From IMG/VR virus record IMGVR_UViG_3300015608_004663: 64,000 bases of DNA, one strand, 5' to 3'. Origin of the DNA: an uncultured virus (IMG/VR IMGVR_UViG_3300015608_004663). Its lineage: Duplodnaviria; Heunggongvirae; Uroviricota; Caudoviricetes. Under the pieces are notes generated by a model. The model saw nothing but the letters and a program-made list of their open reading frames with translations, ran no database searches and had not been told where the DNA came from. Shown here one piece after another: positions 36,147-45,801 of the stretch; positions within the stretch are counted from its first letter, which is position 1; each line of letters begins with the position of its first letter. The position numbers and the translations under genes were made by a program.

Positions 36147-36419
36147 TCACTGATATTGCACGCTTAAGTGCGGATCTTGAAACAAGGCAATCTCTGCACT
36201 AAGAGTGCGCAGCACGATCTTGACGCCAGATTTTCTAAACGTAATACCTGTGACATTATACAACTTACTAGTGCGATCTCGCTCTAAAATCTCAAGAGCG
36301 CCATCGTAATAAGCTGGAACTTTAACGACTGAGTAGATGTCTTCATTGCTGACGCAGCACTCTTCTTCACCAGTCGGATCTAGTTCCGACAGCAGCTTGA
36401 TCAATTCTTTTGTTTTCAT
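36147..36419 (-). CDS. Hypothetical protein
   Basis: MKTKELIKLL phage-type start. Confidence 0.65.
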   Translation of the reverse strand: MKTKELIKLLSELDPTGEEECCVSNEDIYSVVKVPAYYDGALEILERDRTSKLYNVTGITFRKSGVKIVLRTLSAEIALFQDPHLSVQYQ

Positions 36420-37017
36420 AAGTCTGACAATCTTCCAGAAATTTAGTGATAGTTGAAATTTGTTGCTCTAAATTCTCACTATCAACGCAAAGTTTTAAAG
36501 TGCGGCACCGAGTGAATTCGCTGATGAAGCGAGCGTATGCATCAGATAATTCTTGCAATTTTTCAGAATTTATGCTCGGATCAATATCATCACACAGATT
36601 TTCATACGTTGTTCTGTAGCAGAAAATGATCTTTGCATCAAGTGATGCGTACGAATCATCTTCTAACCTGAGCATCTTGTGATCTGTTTCTCTGTTAGTC
36701 ACTGCAGAGTAAACATACTCGCATGGATATCCACGATCAAAGATCACAGATAGATTAGTTTGCTTGATCAGATCAAACACTCGCATATCAGCGTATCGTA
36801 GCTGATTCAGAAACAGCTCTCGCTTGTTAGCGAAAGAATTGTGCTCAGATGATGCTTTGAAATAAGCGATGTTCAAGCGCTGCGCAAGAGCTTTAGCGAT
36901 GTTTGTTTTACCAGTTTTGTCTGGTCCGACAAAAAAAATTATCTGCTGCGCACTATTCGTGTTCTTAAGCAAGGTGCACCAATCTGTTTGTTGAGTAACC
37001 AAACGCTGACTTTTCAA
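36367..37017 (-). CDS. Deoxynucleoside monophosphate kinase (thymidylate kinase-like)
   Basis: GPDKTGKT, IFDRGY; start uncertain. Confidence 0.8.
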   Translation of the reverse strand: MKSQRLVTQQTDWCTLLKNTNSAQQIIFFVGPDKTGKTNIAKALAQRLNIAYFKASSEHNSFANKRELFLNQLRYADMRVFDLIKQTNLSVIFDRGYPCEYVYSAVTNRETDHKMLRLEDDSYASLDAKIIFCYRTTYENLCDDIDPSINSEKLQELSDAYARFISEFTRCRTLKLCVDSENLEQQISTITKFLEDCQTYENKRIDQAAVGTRSDW

Positions 37018-38488
37018 GCGGAGCCATCATGATTGACATCTTTTTTACATCTTGCACAGACCAAACGTAAATTTTGTTCACTTTTCCAACTGGTCCGATG
37101 GCATCGATAAGAAGATACTGCTTCTTATTTTTTGATGTTTTCTTTGTCACGTTTTGCACGCAAAACCAAGCTACATCGCTTTCGTCTTCATCAACATCAT
37201 CTATAGATGGTACGTTTCTTTCGATCAGCTTTTCCATAACTCTATCTGGGATCAGCAGCGATACATCTGCTGATCCGACGATCTTGACAACGTTGTTCAT
37301 TTTTTCTTCGCGAGTCCACGGAGCTATATGAGCCGTTTCAAGCGCTAGCGCGCGCATCGTGTCACGCCCTTTGAAAGGATCTTTCTTAGTTGATTTTTTC
37401 AACTCATCCCAGTGACCGATGATAACGTCATGCATCTGCTTGTAATTTGCAAAGATGCAATTTTCACCAACGCACTTCAAAGAATCAAGACCCTGCACTA
37501 AAATAAGAGCTTCCAAAGCTCGCTTGTTAAACTTTGACAAGCGCCAAGATCCGTCTTCATTCCAGAACAGATCTTCTATAGATGAGAATGGCCGCAGCTG
37601 AAGAATCTCATCAATCGCTGTTTCACCTATGCCCTTGTACGAACTGAATGATGGCATAAGCTGCTTGCCGGGAAGCGCTGTCCACTGTCGCTCTGCGTAA
37701 TTGATGTCAACGTTCACTATCTTGTATCCAACTGCTCTGATCTCAGAGAAAGCTTTAGATCTGTCATCGGGATTCTTGGACATTGACTGCAGATACGCAC
37801 AAACCCACTCTGTTTCATGAAACGTCATCAGCCACGCGCAAAAATAACTGTCGATGGCATACGATACAGCGTGTGCTGCGTTAAATCCATAACCAGCGAA
37901 CCACAAAATTCTATCATAGAGATTCTCTGCAATCTGCACAGAGTACCCATTTTTCACGCAACCACTCACGAAACTATCGCGCATAGCTTGCGCTTTTTTC
38001 TTGGCATCTTCGCCGCCGCCAATGGTTCGCTTCATGATCGCTTTGCGCAGCTTGTCGCACTCTTCAAGAGGAAATCCAGCAACTTCGTGTGCTAGTTGCA
38101 TAACTTGCTCTTGAAAAATAATCAAACCATTAGTTTTTTTTAACACTTCATTGATGCGCTTATCGCCCCAATCGTACTCTTTGCCGTTTCTAGCGTCAAC
38201 ATAAAGCTGATCAACTTTCGCAGCAAGTGGACCAGGTCTGTAAATAGACGTCAACGTAGCAATGTCAACAATTGACTTTGGTTTTGCGCGCTTGAAAAAG
38301 CGCTGTGCCCCACTTTGCGTGCACTGAAAAACGCCAGCCCACTTTCCTTTGTGATAGATGTTTTCATATACTTTCTGGTCGTGAAGATCAACTACGTCTG
38401 GTGCTAAATTGTTATTATACCAGTCTTTGATTTCAGAAAAATCAACATTACTACCATCTGTAAGTTTCACAGATTTAACAATCGCCAT
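36965..38488 (-). CDS. dnaE: DNA polymerase III alpha, C-terminal half of a split gene
   Basis: GVFQ, IYRPGP, IIFQEQVM, AGYGFNAAHAVSY, KGIG. Confidence 0.95.
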   Translation of the reverse strand: MAIVKSVKLTDGSNVDFSEIKDWYNNNLAPDVVDLHDQKVYENIYHKGKWAGVFQCTQSGAQRFFKRAKPKSIVDIATLTSIYRPGPLAAKVDQLYVDARNGKEYDWGDKRINEVLKKTNGLIIFQEQVMQLAHEVAGFPLEECDKLRKAIMKRTIGGGEDAKKKAQAMRDSFVSGCVKNGYSVQIAENLYDRILWFAGYGFNAAHAVSYAIDSYFCAWLMTFHETEWVCAYLQSMSKNPDDRSKAFSEIRAVGYKIVNVDINYAERQWTALPGKQLMPSFSSYKGIGETAIDEILQLRPFSSIEDLFWNEDGSWRLSKFNKRALEALILVQGLDSLKCVGENCIFANYKQMHDVIIGHWDELKKSTKKDPFKGRDTMRALALETAHIAPWTREEKMNNVVKIVGSADVSLLIPDRVMEKLIERNVPSIDDVDEDESDVAWFCVQNVTKKTSKNKKQYLLIDAIGPVGKVNKIYVWSVQDVKKMSIMMAPLEKSAFGYSTNRLVHLA

Positions 38489-38497
38489 GATTTATAC

Positions 38498-38527
38498 ACT
38501 ATACTTAGTAGTTCGCATTATTTGCAC
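38498..38527 (-). promoter_or_regulatory. Putative promoter GTGCAA-N18-TATAGT for dnaE-C
   Basis: Recurring motif 9 nt before the ATG. Confidence 0.65.
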
Positions 38528-38733
38528 ACAATTCAATTGGAGATTCAATTATCATGACGCAAGAATCAATCTTTGAAGCTTTAAACATTGATTCGTTGCT
38601 TTGATCCAAAGCAACATGCGCGCGCAAATTAAGCTGCATCGCAGCAAATGTGTCACGTAAGTTAGCTCTGATTATTTCGCGCGTCAATCACTGCTTGCAA
38701 TGCGCAATCAATGCAATCAACTTTGTTCGGAGA

Positions 38734-38922
38734 TCATTCAATGATAGCATCGCGCATAGTTCGATCATTGCGCGTTGACGGCAATTTATCACGTCTCTTT
38801 GGTGCGCGGTGCTTACAAAGAGAACACTTCTCACCATCTTTTACGTGATTTGCGTCACAGCCGCGACACCAGAAAGATCTACGTGAATCAGCTTTAAGTT
38901 TCTTGCTTCGATTATCACTCAT
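38734..38922 (-). CDS. Small Zn-finger-like protein
   Basis: CRGCD...CSLC. Confidence 0.55.
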   Translation of the reverse strand: MSDNRSKKLKADSRRSFWCRGCDANHVKDGEKCSLCKHRAPKRRDKLPSTRNDRTMRDAIIE

Positions 38923-39015
38923 ATTAAATCACAAACGCAGACAAGCGCGCGCAATTCAGGCTGTCAGAAACTAGTCTGAGCTGCTTCAGCGCGAATTCAC
39001 TTGCTTTGACACCAC

Positions 39016-39360
39016 TTATGAATGAGTGTCTTGCGCTTCAGCATGCTTTGACAAAGCTATATTTTCTTTTGTTTCTTCTCTCTTGTTTAGATGCAGCACG
39101 CTGAGAAGCAGCGTCGTTGTAGACATAACAAATCCAGTCGTAGATGCTGGAAATTCCAGCAATTTTTTTGACGCGATGCTCATGATCATCCACGTAAACA
39201 GCGGCAGCAGGACTGACACTGGAACGCACAGCATCACGAGCAAGCGCGACGTTGATGGATTTGTGCCATCGCTAAGAGCGGATTTCAACCAAGTCGCAAA
39301 TGATTCTTCTTGGTTAGAAACAATTATTGAGTGATATTCTTGTTCGTCTTGCTTGATCAT
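39016..39360 (-). CDS. Two-TM membrane protein (holin-like possible)
   Basis: PSTSRL followed by two hydrophobic helices. Confidence 0.6.
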   Translation of the reverse strand: MIKQDEQEYHSIIVSNQEESFATWLKSALSDGTNPSTSRLLVMLCVPVSVLLPLFTWMIMSIASKKLLEFPASTTGFVMSTTTLLLSVLHLNKREETKENIALSKHAEAQDTHS

Positions 39361-39845
39361 GATAATGCATCTACAATCATATCTGACACAAAATCTTTTA
39401 TTTCACGTCTAGACATGCCAGTAGCTACAGAGAGCTCTTTCCAATCTTCGTAACTGACAAAGAAAGATTCTGCGATATCAGGCACGTCAGCGATCGTCAG
39501 ATCAGGATCACCTTCAAAGTTAAGGATGAACTCTTTCACGTAGTCTTCAAGCTTCTCAAAAGCTGTTTCTGACGTAAAAGAATCTGATGGAAGATCTTCT
39601 GAAGAAGATAGCGACTCAACTTCTTGATCTGAAAGATAGAAACGATTCTTGCTCTGCCGAACGTACTGTGGGTGCAGATCAGAGCTGTCATATCGACTAC
39701 CCGCTGCCAAGAACACTTCACCAGTTTCATGATCAATCAGATCTTCATCTGTGATATCACTTCCACGTGCATTAGCGATGTGCTGCGCAAGGTCTTGTTT
39801 TGTTTTAAAAGTAGCTTCACTAATTAATCTGCGAAGTTTTTTCAT
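39357..39845 (-). CDS. Hypothetical acidic protein
   Basis: ORF starting MKKLRRLISE. Confidence 0.7.
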   Translation of the reverse strand: MKKLRRLISEATFKTKQDLAQHIANARGSDITDEDLIDHETGEVFLAAGSRYDSSDLHPQYVRQSKNRFYLSDQEVESLSSSEDLPSDSFTSETAFEKLEDYVKEFILNFEGDPDLTIADVPDIAESFFVSYEDWKELSVATGMSRREIKDFVSDMIVDALS

Positions 39846-39853
39846 AAAAGTAT

Positions 39854-40792
39854 TTATTTTGCGCTAGCTAATTTTTCTAATTTTAGAAGAAATTCTGAAC
39901 TCTCACGCTTGCCTAAAGCGCTAAAATTCAGATCGTGACTTGCAACAATATCACGCAAGCTCAAACCTGATTCGCTGATCATGTTTATCACTGTTAGAAG
40001 CGCAGAAAGCTCTTGTTTAGAAAGCGTAATTGCAGAAAGTCTGTAATCATCAAAAGCAGCAGCGACATCTGGCACCCATTGTTTTACGATATTCCACATA
40101 GCATCTGCGTACACTCTGATCTCATACTGAGCGTGCTTGTCTAAGCGCAGCGCCAAGAAGTGCAGAAGGTTGTGCAGATCGATCTTCCAGTACATCTCAG
40201 TATAATAATTCAATGACAGACTCATTCTAGCTAACTCTCTAGCTAGCTGCGGCCGATCTCGATCAATTGCAGCACCAGTTCCATCATCATTTAGTAGATG
40301 AGCGTAAACATCATACGCTTGCTCAGAATGCTTGCTGATTGCATCAATGATATCATCACAAATCTCTGATTGCATCATCGTGTCAGTCAGATCACGACCT
40401 TGCTTGTTTGTTACGCTCTGTTCACCAAGCGCATTAGCATCAGGGATGTAAAACTCACGATTGAGAATTGAATATCTTGCTGAGTACTCATTGATGTTTG
40501 CTGTGCGATGACGAATCCACTGCCTAGCAACGAAGATCGGAAGCTTGATGTGCAGCTTGATCTCGCACATCTCAAACGGCGTAGTGTGACGATGTCGCAT
40601 CAAGTAGCGAATCAGCGCAACATCTTCTGAAACTGTTTTCGTTCCAGTGCCGTATGATACGCGGGCAGCTTGCACAATCGCAGACTGATCACCCATGTAG
40701 TCTATGACTCGAATAAAACCGTGATCAAGAATGTTGATTTTGTTGCCTAAAATTTCATCCAGTGCTGCACTGTTAATTCGACGCTCTTGCAC
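39854..40792 (-). CDS. thyX: Flavin-dependent thymidylate synthase
   Basis: AARVSY, HTTPFE, RQWIRHRTANINEYSARY, HAQYEIR. Confidence 0.97.
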   Translation of the reverse strand: MQERRINSAALDEILGNKINILDHGFIRVIDYMGDQSAIVQAARVSYGTGTKTVSEDVALIRYLMRHRHTTPFEMCEIKLHIKLPIFVARQWIRHRTANINEYSARYSILNREFYIPDANALGEQSVTNKQGRDLTDTMMQSEICDDIIDAISKHSEQAYDVYAHLLNDDGTGAAIDRDRPQLARELARMSLSLNYYTEMYWKIDLHNLLHFLALRLDKHAQYEIRVYADAMWNIVKQWVPDVAAAFDDYRLSAITLSKQELSALLTVINMISESGLSLRDIVASHDLNFSALGKRESSEFLLKLEKLASAK

Positions 40793-40805
40793 TTCACGCC
40801 TCCAG

Positions 40806-41453
40806 TTAGTTTAGACAAAATCGTATCAGCTGCTCAATAATGAATCCAAGCAGCAATGATGCAATGATCTGATTTCGTGTTGATACAGCTTTTGTAATTT
40901 GCTTGATCTCTTTTTGAAGCTGCTCATTTTTATCAATAGCGCTAGCAGCCGTGATCATAGCATCAAATTTACCATCAGTCCACTGAGCTACATCACTGTT
41001 CTTTAATTTTGCACCGTGCTTTGATTCCCAAGCTGCGCAGATGCTACTAAGTTTCTTTGAAACTTGCTTTAACGATTCATCATCTAAAGATGCAAGATCC
41101 GAGCTCTCAGTAGTGACTGGGCAGTTTTTGTTGCAGCAGATGAGGTGCATCGCTTGAAGCTGCATATCTTTTTGAGATATTACGTCATTTGCAGCACTCA
41201 CAGCTAGTTCTAGCTCGTGAATCCTTTTAGATTGCATCTTGCAAAGATGCGTTTTATCTAAGTCGTGAAGCGTTGATCTTTGAGCGTAAATCATCCCACG
41301 TGGGATATCGTGTTCATTTAAAATTGGCACTCCAGCAGCTTCGAGTGCATCTTTTGCTGTGTAAACATTATTAACGCGCCAAGCACGATTTATAAATTTA
41401 AGCTCTGGATAGACTGTTAATTTTGTTTGCATGCTGATTCTCAATTTGCTCAA
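40806..41453 (-). CDS. Coiled-coil protein with C-terminal TM helix
   Basis: ORF. Confidence 0.6.
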   Translation of the reverse strand: MSKLRISMQTKLTVYPELKFINRAWRVNNVYTAKDALEAAGVPILNEHDIPRGMIYAQRSTLHDLDKTHLCKMQSKRIHELELAVSAANDVISQKDMQLQAMHLICCNKNCPVTTESSDLASLDDESLKQVSKKLSSICAAWESKHGAKLKNSDVAQWTDGKFDAMITAASAIDKNEQLQKEIKQITKAVSTRNQIIASLLLGFIIEQLIRFCLN

Positions 41454-42078
41454 ATTCTAAGATCGCTGCGCACAACCACGCTTCAAGTTTTTTGATTGCT
41501 TGTGATTCTTTGTTTGATGCGATCTTTGCTGTCTCTCTCCAATACCACTTAAGATCACTAACATCAGTGTTGAAGATGCTGACAGCAGTTTCGTATCCTG
41601 ATGCATTGCAATCATCAAGCAGCGATAAAATGTTGTGATACGTGTCAGCAAGCTTCACAGCCAAAACAGCATCTGTGCTTTTGTTCAGTCTGCTTAGATG
41701 CTCTTCTTTTCTAACGCGCCAAGAGAGTTTATTTCCCGATAAATCTTTTTTGATCTCTGATAAATCAGACACCATCTGCAGCGTTGTTTTGATCGCTGAC
41801 TCTGCGCAATTAAATCGAACAGACATGATGCATTCAATGCGCTCGATCGAGAGCGCCGTGTCTTCAATAACGTCATGCATTATAGCTGCAGCTAATGCGC
41901 ACTCATCTTCAACGCCAGCTTGAGCGCAAATTAGCGCGACCGCTACAGGATGTGTGACATAAATTGCAGCAGCTGCGTTTTTTCTGCGCTGCGATGAGTG
42001 TGCATCAATGCTGATGTGCAGAGCCGCTTCGATTAACTGAGATTTAAACATGTACTTCTCTCTTAACTTGTTCGACAT
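41398..42078 (-). CDS. Mesh1/RelA-SpoT-type HD hydrolase
   Basis: AHSSQRRK, YVTHP, HDVIEDT, VKLAD..HN. Confidence 0.85.
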   Translation of the reverse strand: MSNKLREKYMFKSQLIEAALHISIDAHSSQRRKNAAAAIYVTHPVAVALICAQAGVEDECALAAAIMHDVIEDTALSIERIECIMSVRFNCAESAIKTTLQMVSDLSEIKKDLSGNKLSWRVRKEEHLSRLNKSTDAVLAVKLADTYHNILSLLDDCNASGYETAVSIFNTDVSDLKWYWRETAKIASNKESQAIKKLEAWLCAAILEFEQIENQHANKINSLSRA

Positions 42079-42117
42079 TGAGCATTACACAACGATCTTA
42101 ATCATAGTGCAGATCGT

Positions 42118-44349
42118 TTATCGCAATTCTTCTACATCATCTCCTTCACGCAAATCTTTGACCAAAACTTCTCCACGATTCTTTGTTACAGCAATAGCAT
42201 CACCGAACGCGTAGAACGCTCCAAGGTCAGTATCAACTTCATACCAACCTCTAGTTTTTCTGTCGGATGTGATTATCAACTCTATAGTTTTTTCAACAAT
42301 GCGCAGCGTATCAAGACCCAGAAGATCAAACTTGATCCAACCAAACTGGTCAAGTTCTTTTACGTTAACACCTTCTGCCCACGGCGTTTGAAGCTCACCC
42401 TTTGAAGCGATCAGCGGCATCCTTTCAGCAATTCTATCACAAACAATGACACCGCCAGCGTGTCGGCCAAGCGAGCGCTGCTGCTTAAACAGCGTCGCGA
42501 TCGGTCCAGCAACTTCTGGATGGGCATCGATGAAAGATTTGAATGACGGACTGTGCTGCATAGCATCTTCAAACTTCAACACAAATAGATTCTTATCATC
42601 GCCGTGCTTGAGCGTCGCTTTTCTGACTTCGGCTTCAACTGTTTTTGTTGCAATGTTAGCTTCTTCAAACGGCACACCGTAAAATTTAGCAACGTCTTTG
42701 ATAAGAGTTTTCAGCTTGAAAGTATTGTAGTTGCTGATTGGCACAACATTTTCTGCACCAAAACGCTCTTTAAGCAGTTCAATAAGTTTAGCTCTGTTTG
42801 AGACGTCTGTGTCAACGTCTGGAGCTTCTTCGCGATACTTGTTAAGAAACCGCTCAAACAGAAGATCATACTTGATTGGATCAACATCAGTTATTTTTAG
42901 TAGATACGTCACAAGCGAACCTGCACCAGATCCTCGGCCAGGTCCGACGAGCATGGCTTCTTGAGCTACGTGAATGATCTCTCGCAAAGTCAAAAAATAC
43001 TCTGCAAATTTTTTATCTTTGATGACGTCAAGCTCTTTAGCTAAGCGCTCTTCATAAGTTTTATTTCCTTTAAACTTTCGCTCAATCATGCCAGCTTCAC
43101 ACAACTCAACAAGACGAGCATCGGCTGTCATGCCAGCTGGCACGACGATAGAAGTTGGCAATTTCATTGAACGATCTGGCTGCACATCTCCAATCACGTT
43201 GTGCGCTACGTGGTGAGAGCGTTCAATGGCATCAATGATCTCATCATCGTCATAAAAATTATTGTCTTGCTTGTGCTCAAGATACGCGCTCCAAACTTGA
43301 GATGCATTTTTTGGGTATAGCTCTGCTTTCAGCTCTGAAACAGAGTTTGGAAGCTTTGTTTGATTTGGATCTGCGTTTTTTAACCAACCTAATTTTTTGT
43401 AGATTTCACGCTCGCGCCACAGCTCAGGTCTTGGATAGTGACTATCTGTTGCTACAATCAGTTGCTTTGTGAGCGAGTGCTTTCTAGCAAAGTCAAGAAG
43501 CGCTCTGTTAACGTATCCCTGAGCTTTCAATCTGTTGAATTGCATCTCAAAGTAAACATTTTGCTCTCCAAAAGCCCACAGCAGCTTATCATAAGCTGCA
43601 TCAAGCTCTGACATGACAGCTTTGTGCAGAGACGCATTATCAAGCAGCGAGCTGTCAATGTTTTCAAACTTAATTTTTTGCGCAGATGACAAAGCAGCGT
43701 AAGCTAGCGGTCCGCCAACGCAAGCTGTCAACGCAATCAAGTGACCACCTGTTGCAGCTTCTTTTAACATAGCGTAATCAACGCGAGGAAAGCGATAAAA
43801 CCCATCTGAGTAGCTTCGCGAGATAAGATGAAATAAGCGCTGCAGTCCTGTGCTTGTAGTTGGAATGACTACAAGATGATGACGTCTGTTAATTGGATTG
43901 AAGTACTTTGTTGATTTTGACTCTTCTTCACGCTCAATCGTGAGCGCGTTTGTTGTCTCAAGCTCAATTGACTCATCATCATCATCTGTTGTAGATACAA
44001 TCGGCGTAACGATCTCTTGCTCGTTAAGCATTTCTTGCTTGTGAGCAAGATCGTCTTCTGCGCGATCTTTTGATCGCTCGTACTCAGCTCTCCATTCATT
44101 TAAATCAGGATGAACGTACATTTCGCAGCCAGCGATAAATTTAAACTTCTTGTCTTGTTTCTTAAGCTTCTCTGAAAAAAGAAACGCAGATGCGTATGAA
44201 TTGCAGTGACCGTGCTCAGTGAGCGCCCACGCATCCATACCATTTTCTAATACAAATTTGATGTGTTCTTCAGGAGAACCAAGTCCATCATAAACAGACA
44301 TGCCAGTGTGACTGTGAAGTCCCACAAATTTGGTTGGTGATGTTTTCAT
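42118..44349 (-). CDS. dnaE: DNA polymerase III alpha, N-terminal half (PHP + palm) of a split gene
   Basis: LHSHT..S..DG, GRGSGAGS, FERFLN, PDVDTD, HAGG, KFDLLGL. Confidence 0.95.
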   Translation of the reverse strand: MKTSPTKFVGLHSHTGMSVYDGLGSPEEHIKFVLENGMDAWALTEHGHCNSYASAFLFSEKLKKQDKKFKFIAGCEMYVHPDLNEWRAEYERSKDRAEDDLAHKQEMLNEQEIVTPIVSTTDDDDESIELETTNALTIEREEESKSTKYFNPINRRHHLVVIPTTSTGLQRLFHLISRSYSDGFYRFPRVDYAMLKEAATGGHLIALTACVGGPLAYAALSSAQKIKFENIDSSLLDNASLHKAVMSELDAAYDKLLWAFGEQNVYFEMQFNRLKAQGYVNRALLDFARKHSLTKQLIVATDSHYPRPELWREREIYKKLGWLKNADPNQTKLPNSVSELKAELYPKNASQVWSAYLEHKQDNNFYDDDEIIDAIERSHHVAHNVIGDVQPDRSMKLPTSIVVPAGMTADARLVELCEAGMIERKFKGNKTYEERLAKELDVIKDKKFAEYFLTLREIIHVAQEAMLVGPGRGSGAGSLVTYLLKITDVDPIKYDLLFERFLNKYREEAPDVDTDVSNRAKLIELLKERFGAENVVPISNYNTFKLKTLIKDVAKFYGVPFEEANIATKTVEAEVRKATLKHGDDKNLFVLKFEDAMQHSPSFKSFIDAHPEVAGPIATLFKQQRSLGRHAGGVIVCDRIAERMPLIASKGELQTPWAEGVNVKELDQFGWIKFDLLGLDTLRIVEKTIELIITSDRKTRGWYEVDTDLGAFYAFGDAIAVTKNRGEVLVKDLREGDDVEELR

Positions 44350-44357
44350 TTAATTTG

Positions 44358-44387
44358 AGTATAAGCTGATTACGCAGAGCAGTGCAC
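44358..44387 (-). promoter_or_regulatory. Putative promoter GTGCAC-N18-TATACT for dnaE-N
   Basis: Recurring motif 8 nt before the ATG. Confidence 0.7.
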
Positions 44388-44390
44388 AAA

Positions 44391-44903
44391 TTAATCAGTG
44401 ATGCGATCGCAAGACACAGAATTAATAAATGTCTCAAATGATGAGATCAATTCATCATCACTTTGAAAAAATCTATCAGCCCACAAGTGACTGGGAGATC
44501 TATCACCGTTGTCAGGATATCCCACAACACAAGTGATCTTATTTGCACCAACAGCTGCTCCCCAATCAGCGTGCGCATCAGCGCCAGCAAGCAACAGCAA
44601 AATGCACACATCGCACTTTTTGATAATAGCAAGATTGTTTTTCATCATCTCTTGATAGAGATGCATGTTTTGCAGATACTCTCCATATTTGTTATTTTGT
44701 GGTTCGTATTTTGATGCGTATTTTGTTTTTGGCTGCTCATCACAAAGTTGAAAATCTAAATCTAACGCTTGATTAACTTTCAATCGTGACTTGCTGTCTG
44801 TGAAATCAAACACAATGTGTCCGCGTTCAGACAATACGTGAGCGATTTTGTTCACACGATCTTTCTGTTTCCATGAAGCCGCGATGTAAATTTTCGACAT
44901 CAA
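44391..44903 (-). CDS. Nucleoside 2-deoxyribosyltransferase-like protein
   Basis: KIYIAASW, IKKCDVC, AHADWG. Confidence 0.65.
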   Translation of the reverse strand: MMSKIYIAASWKQKDRVNKIAHVLSERGHIVFDFTDSKSRLKVNQALDLDFQLCDEQPKTKYASKYEPQNNKYGEYLQNMHLYQEMMKNNLAIIKKCDVCILLLLAGADAHADWGAAVGANKITCVVGYPDNGDRSPSHLWADRFFQSDDELISSFETFINSVSCDRITD

Positions 44904-45223
44904 ATGTTCCTCATTTTATTATAAATTTTGCGCAACTCAAAACAATCAGTTGTTCTATTCATCTCATCTTTACAGCGCCAACAATTATCGCAAGCTGTTC
45001 CAGAAACATAAGTTCCCTTGCACAATCTTGTTGGATGACCGTAACCGTGTCTGATTGCATCTTCATATAACTTAAACAAATGGCGATCAAACAAAAATGC
45101 ATCATCATCATGAAATGAAAATGCTTTCATCCATGAATGATCGCATAAAAAAGTTTTGTAATAATCACAATATTGTTTGTCAGACATGCTCGTCAAGCGC
45201 AGTAACTGTGTACACTGATTCAT
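44900..45223 (-). CDS. Hypothetical protein
   Basis: ORF with C-terminal Cys cluster. Confidence 0.55.
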   Translation of the reverse strand: MNQCTQLLRLTSMSDKQYCDYYKTFLCDHSWMKAFSFHDDDAFLFDRHLFKLYEDAIRHGYGHPTRLCKGTYVSGTACDNCWRCKDEMNRTTDCFELRKIYNKMRNI

Positions 45224-45767
45224 GACAGCGCTTGATCACTTGCTGCGCCATAGCGCACAACCAAGCAAGATTGCCCATAGGCTTAATCTCAACTTCGCTA
45301 CATCGAATAGCGTCACCAGTTAATACATTCACTGTAGGAATTTGAAAAATTTTCTCTTGCGTTTTAGCAACAGCGCTGTCAAGATTGATAGCTGCAGCAT
45401 AAAATCTGCACTCTGCATCTTCACCACCGCGTGAAAATTTAAGCGTGCAAACAAATTGTAACTGATCAACGTTAACATCAAGGCCAGTTTCCTCTTGGAG
45501 CTCTCGTGCGCAGCACCTTAGATGCGCTTCACTAACGTCAGCATCAGTTAACGGAGCGCACGCTTTTGCGCTGACGGCAGATACACAATAATCGCTTGCA
45601 TCAACTTTACCTCCAGGAAAATTTGCTAGATTCATGAGGTGCGCTGGTGTTAGCTTGTGAATGATAAGCACATTTGACATATCTTCTGAAAACAAAATGC
45701 CTGAACTATATCGTTTCATTTGTTTCACACATTTGGTATAGATTTGATCTAAGCCACAAACAAGCAC
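45180..45767 (-). CDS. NUDIX hydrolase
   Basis: FPGGKV...ARELQEETG (Nudix box with insertion). Confidence 0.8.
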   Translation of the reverse strand: MLVCGLDQIYTKCVKQMKRYSSGILFSEDMSNVLIIHKLTPAHLMNLANFPGGKVDASDYCVSAVSAKACAPLTDADVSEAHLRCCARELQEETGLDVNVDQLQFVCTLKFSRGGEDAECRFYAAAINLDSAVAKTQEKIFQIPTVNVLTGDAIRCSEVEIKPMGNLAWLCAMAQQVIKRCHESVYTVTALDEHV

Positions 45768-45801
45768 AATTGCGCGCGCGAGCGCGTGACTTAGATCGTG
45801 T

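Noticed and set aside
42118..42250. Functional trans-splicing split intein in DnaE
   Set aside because: No nucleophilic block A, no TxxH, and no His-Asn plus Cys/Ser/Thr junction in the C-half.
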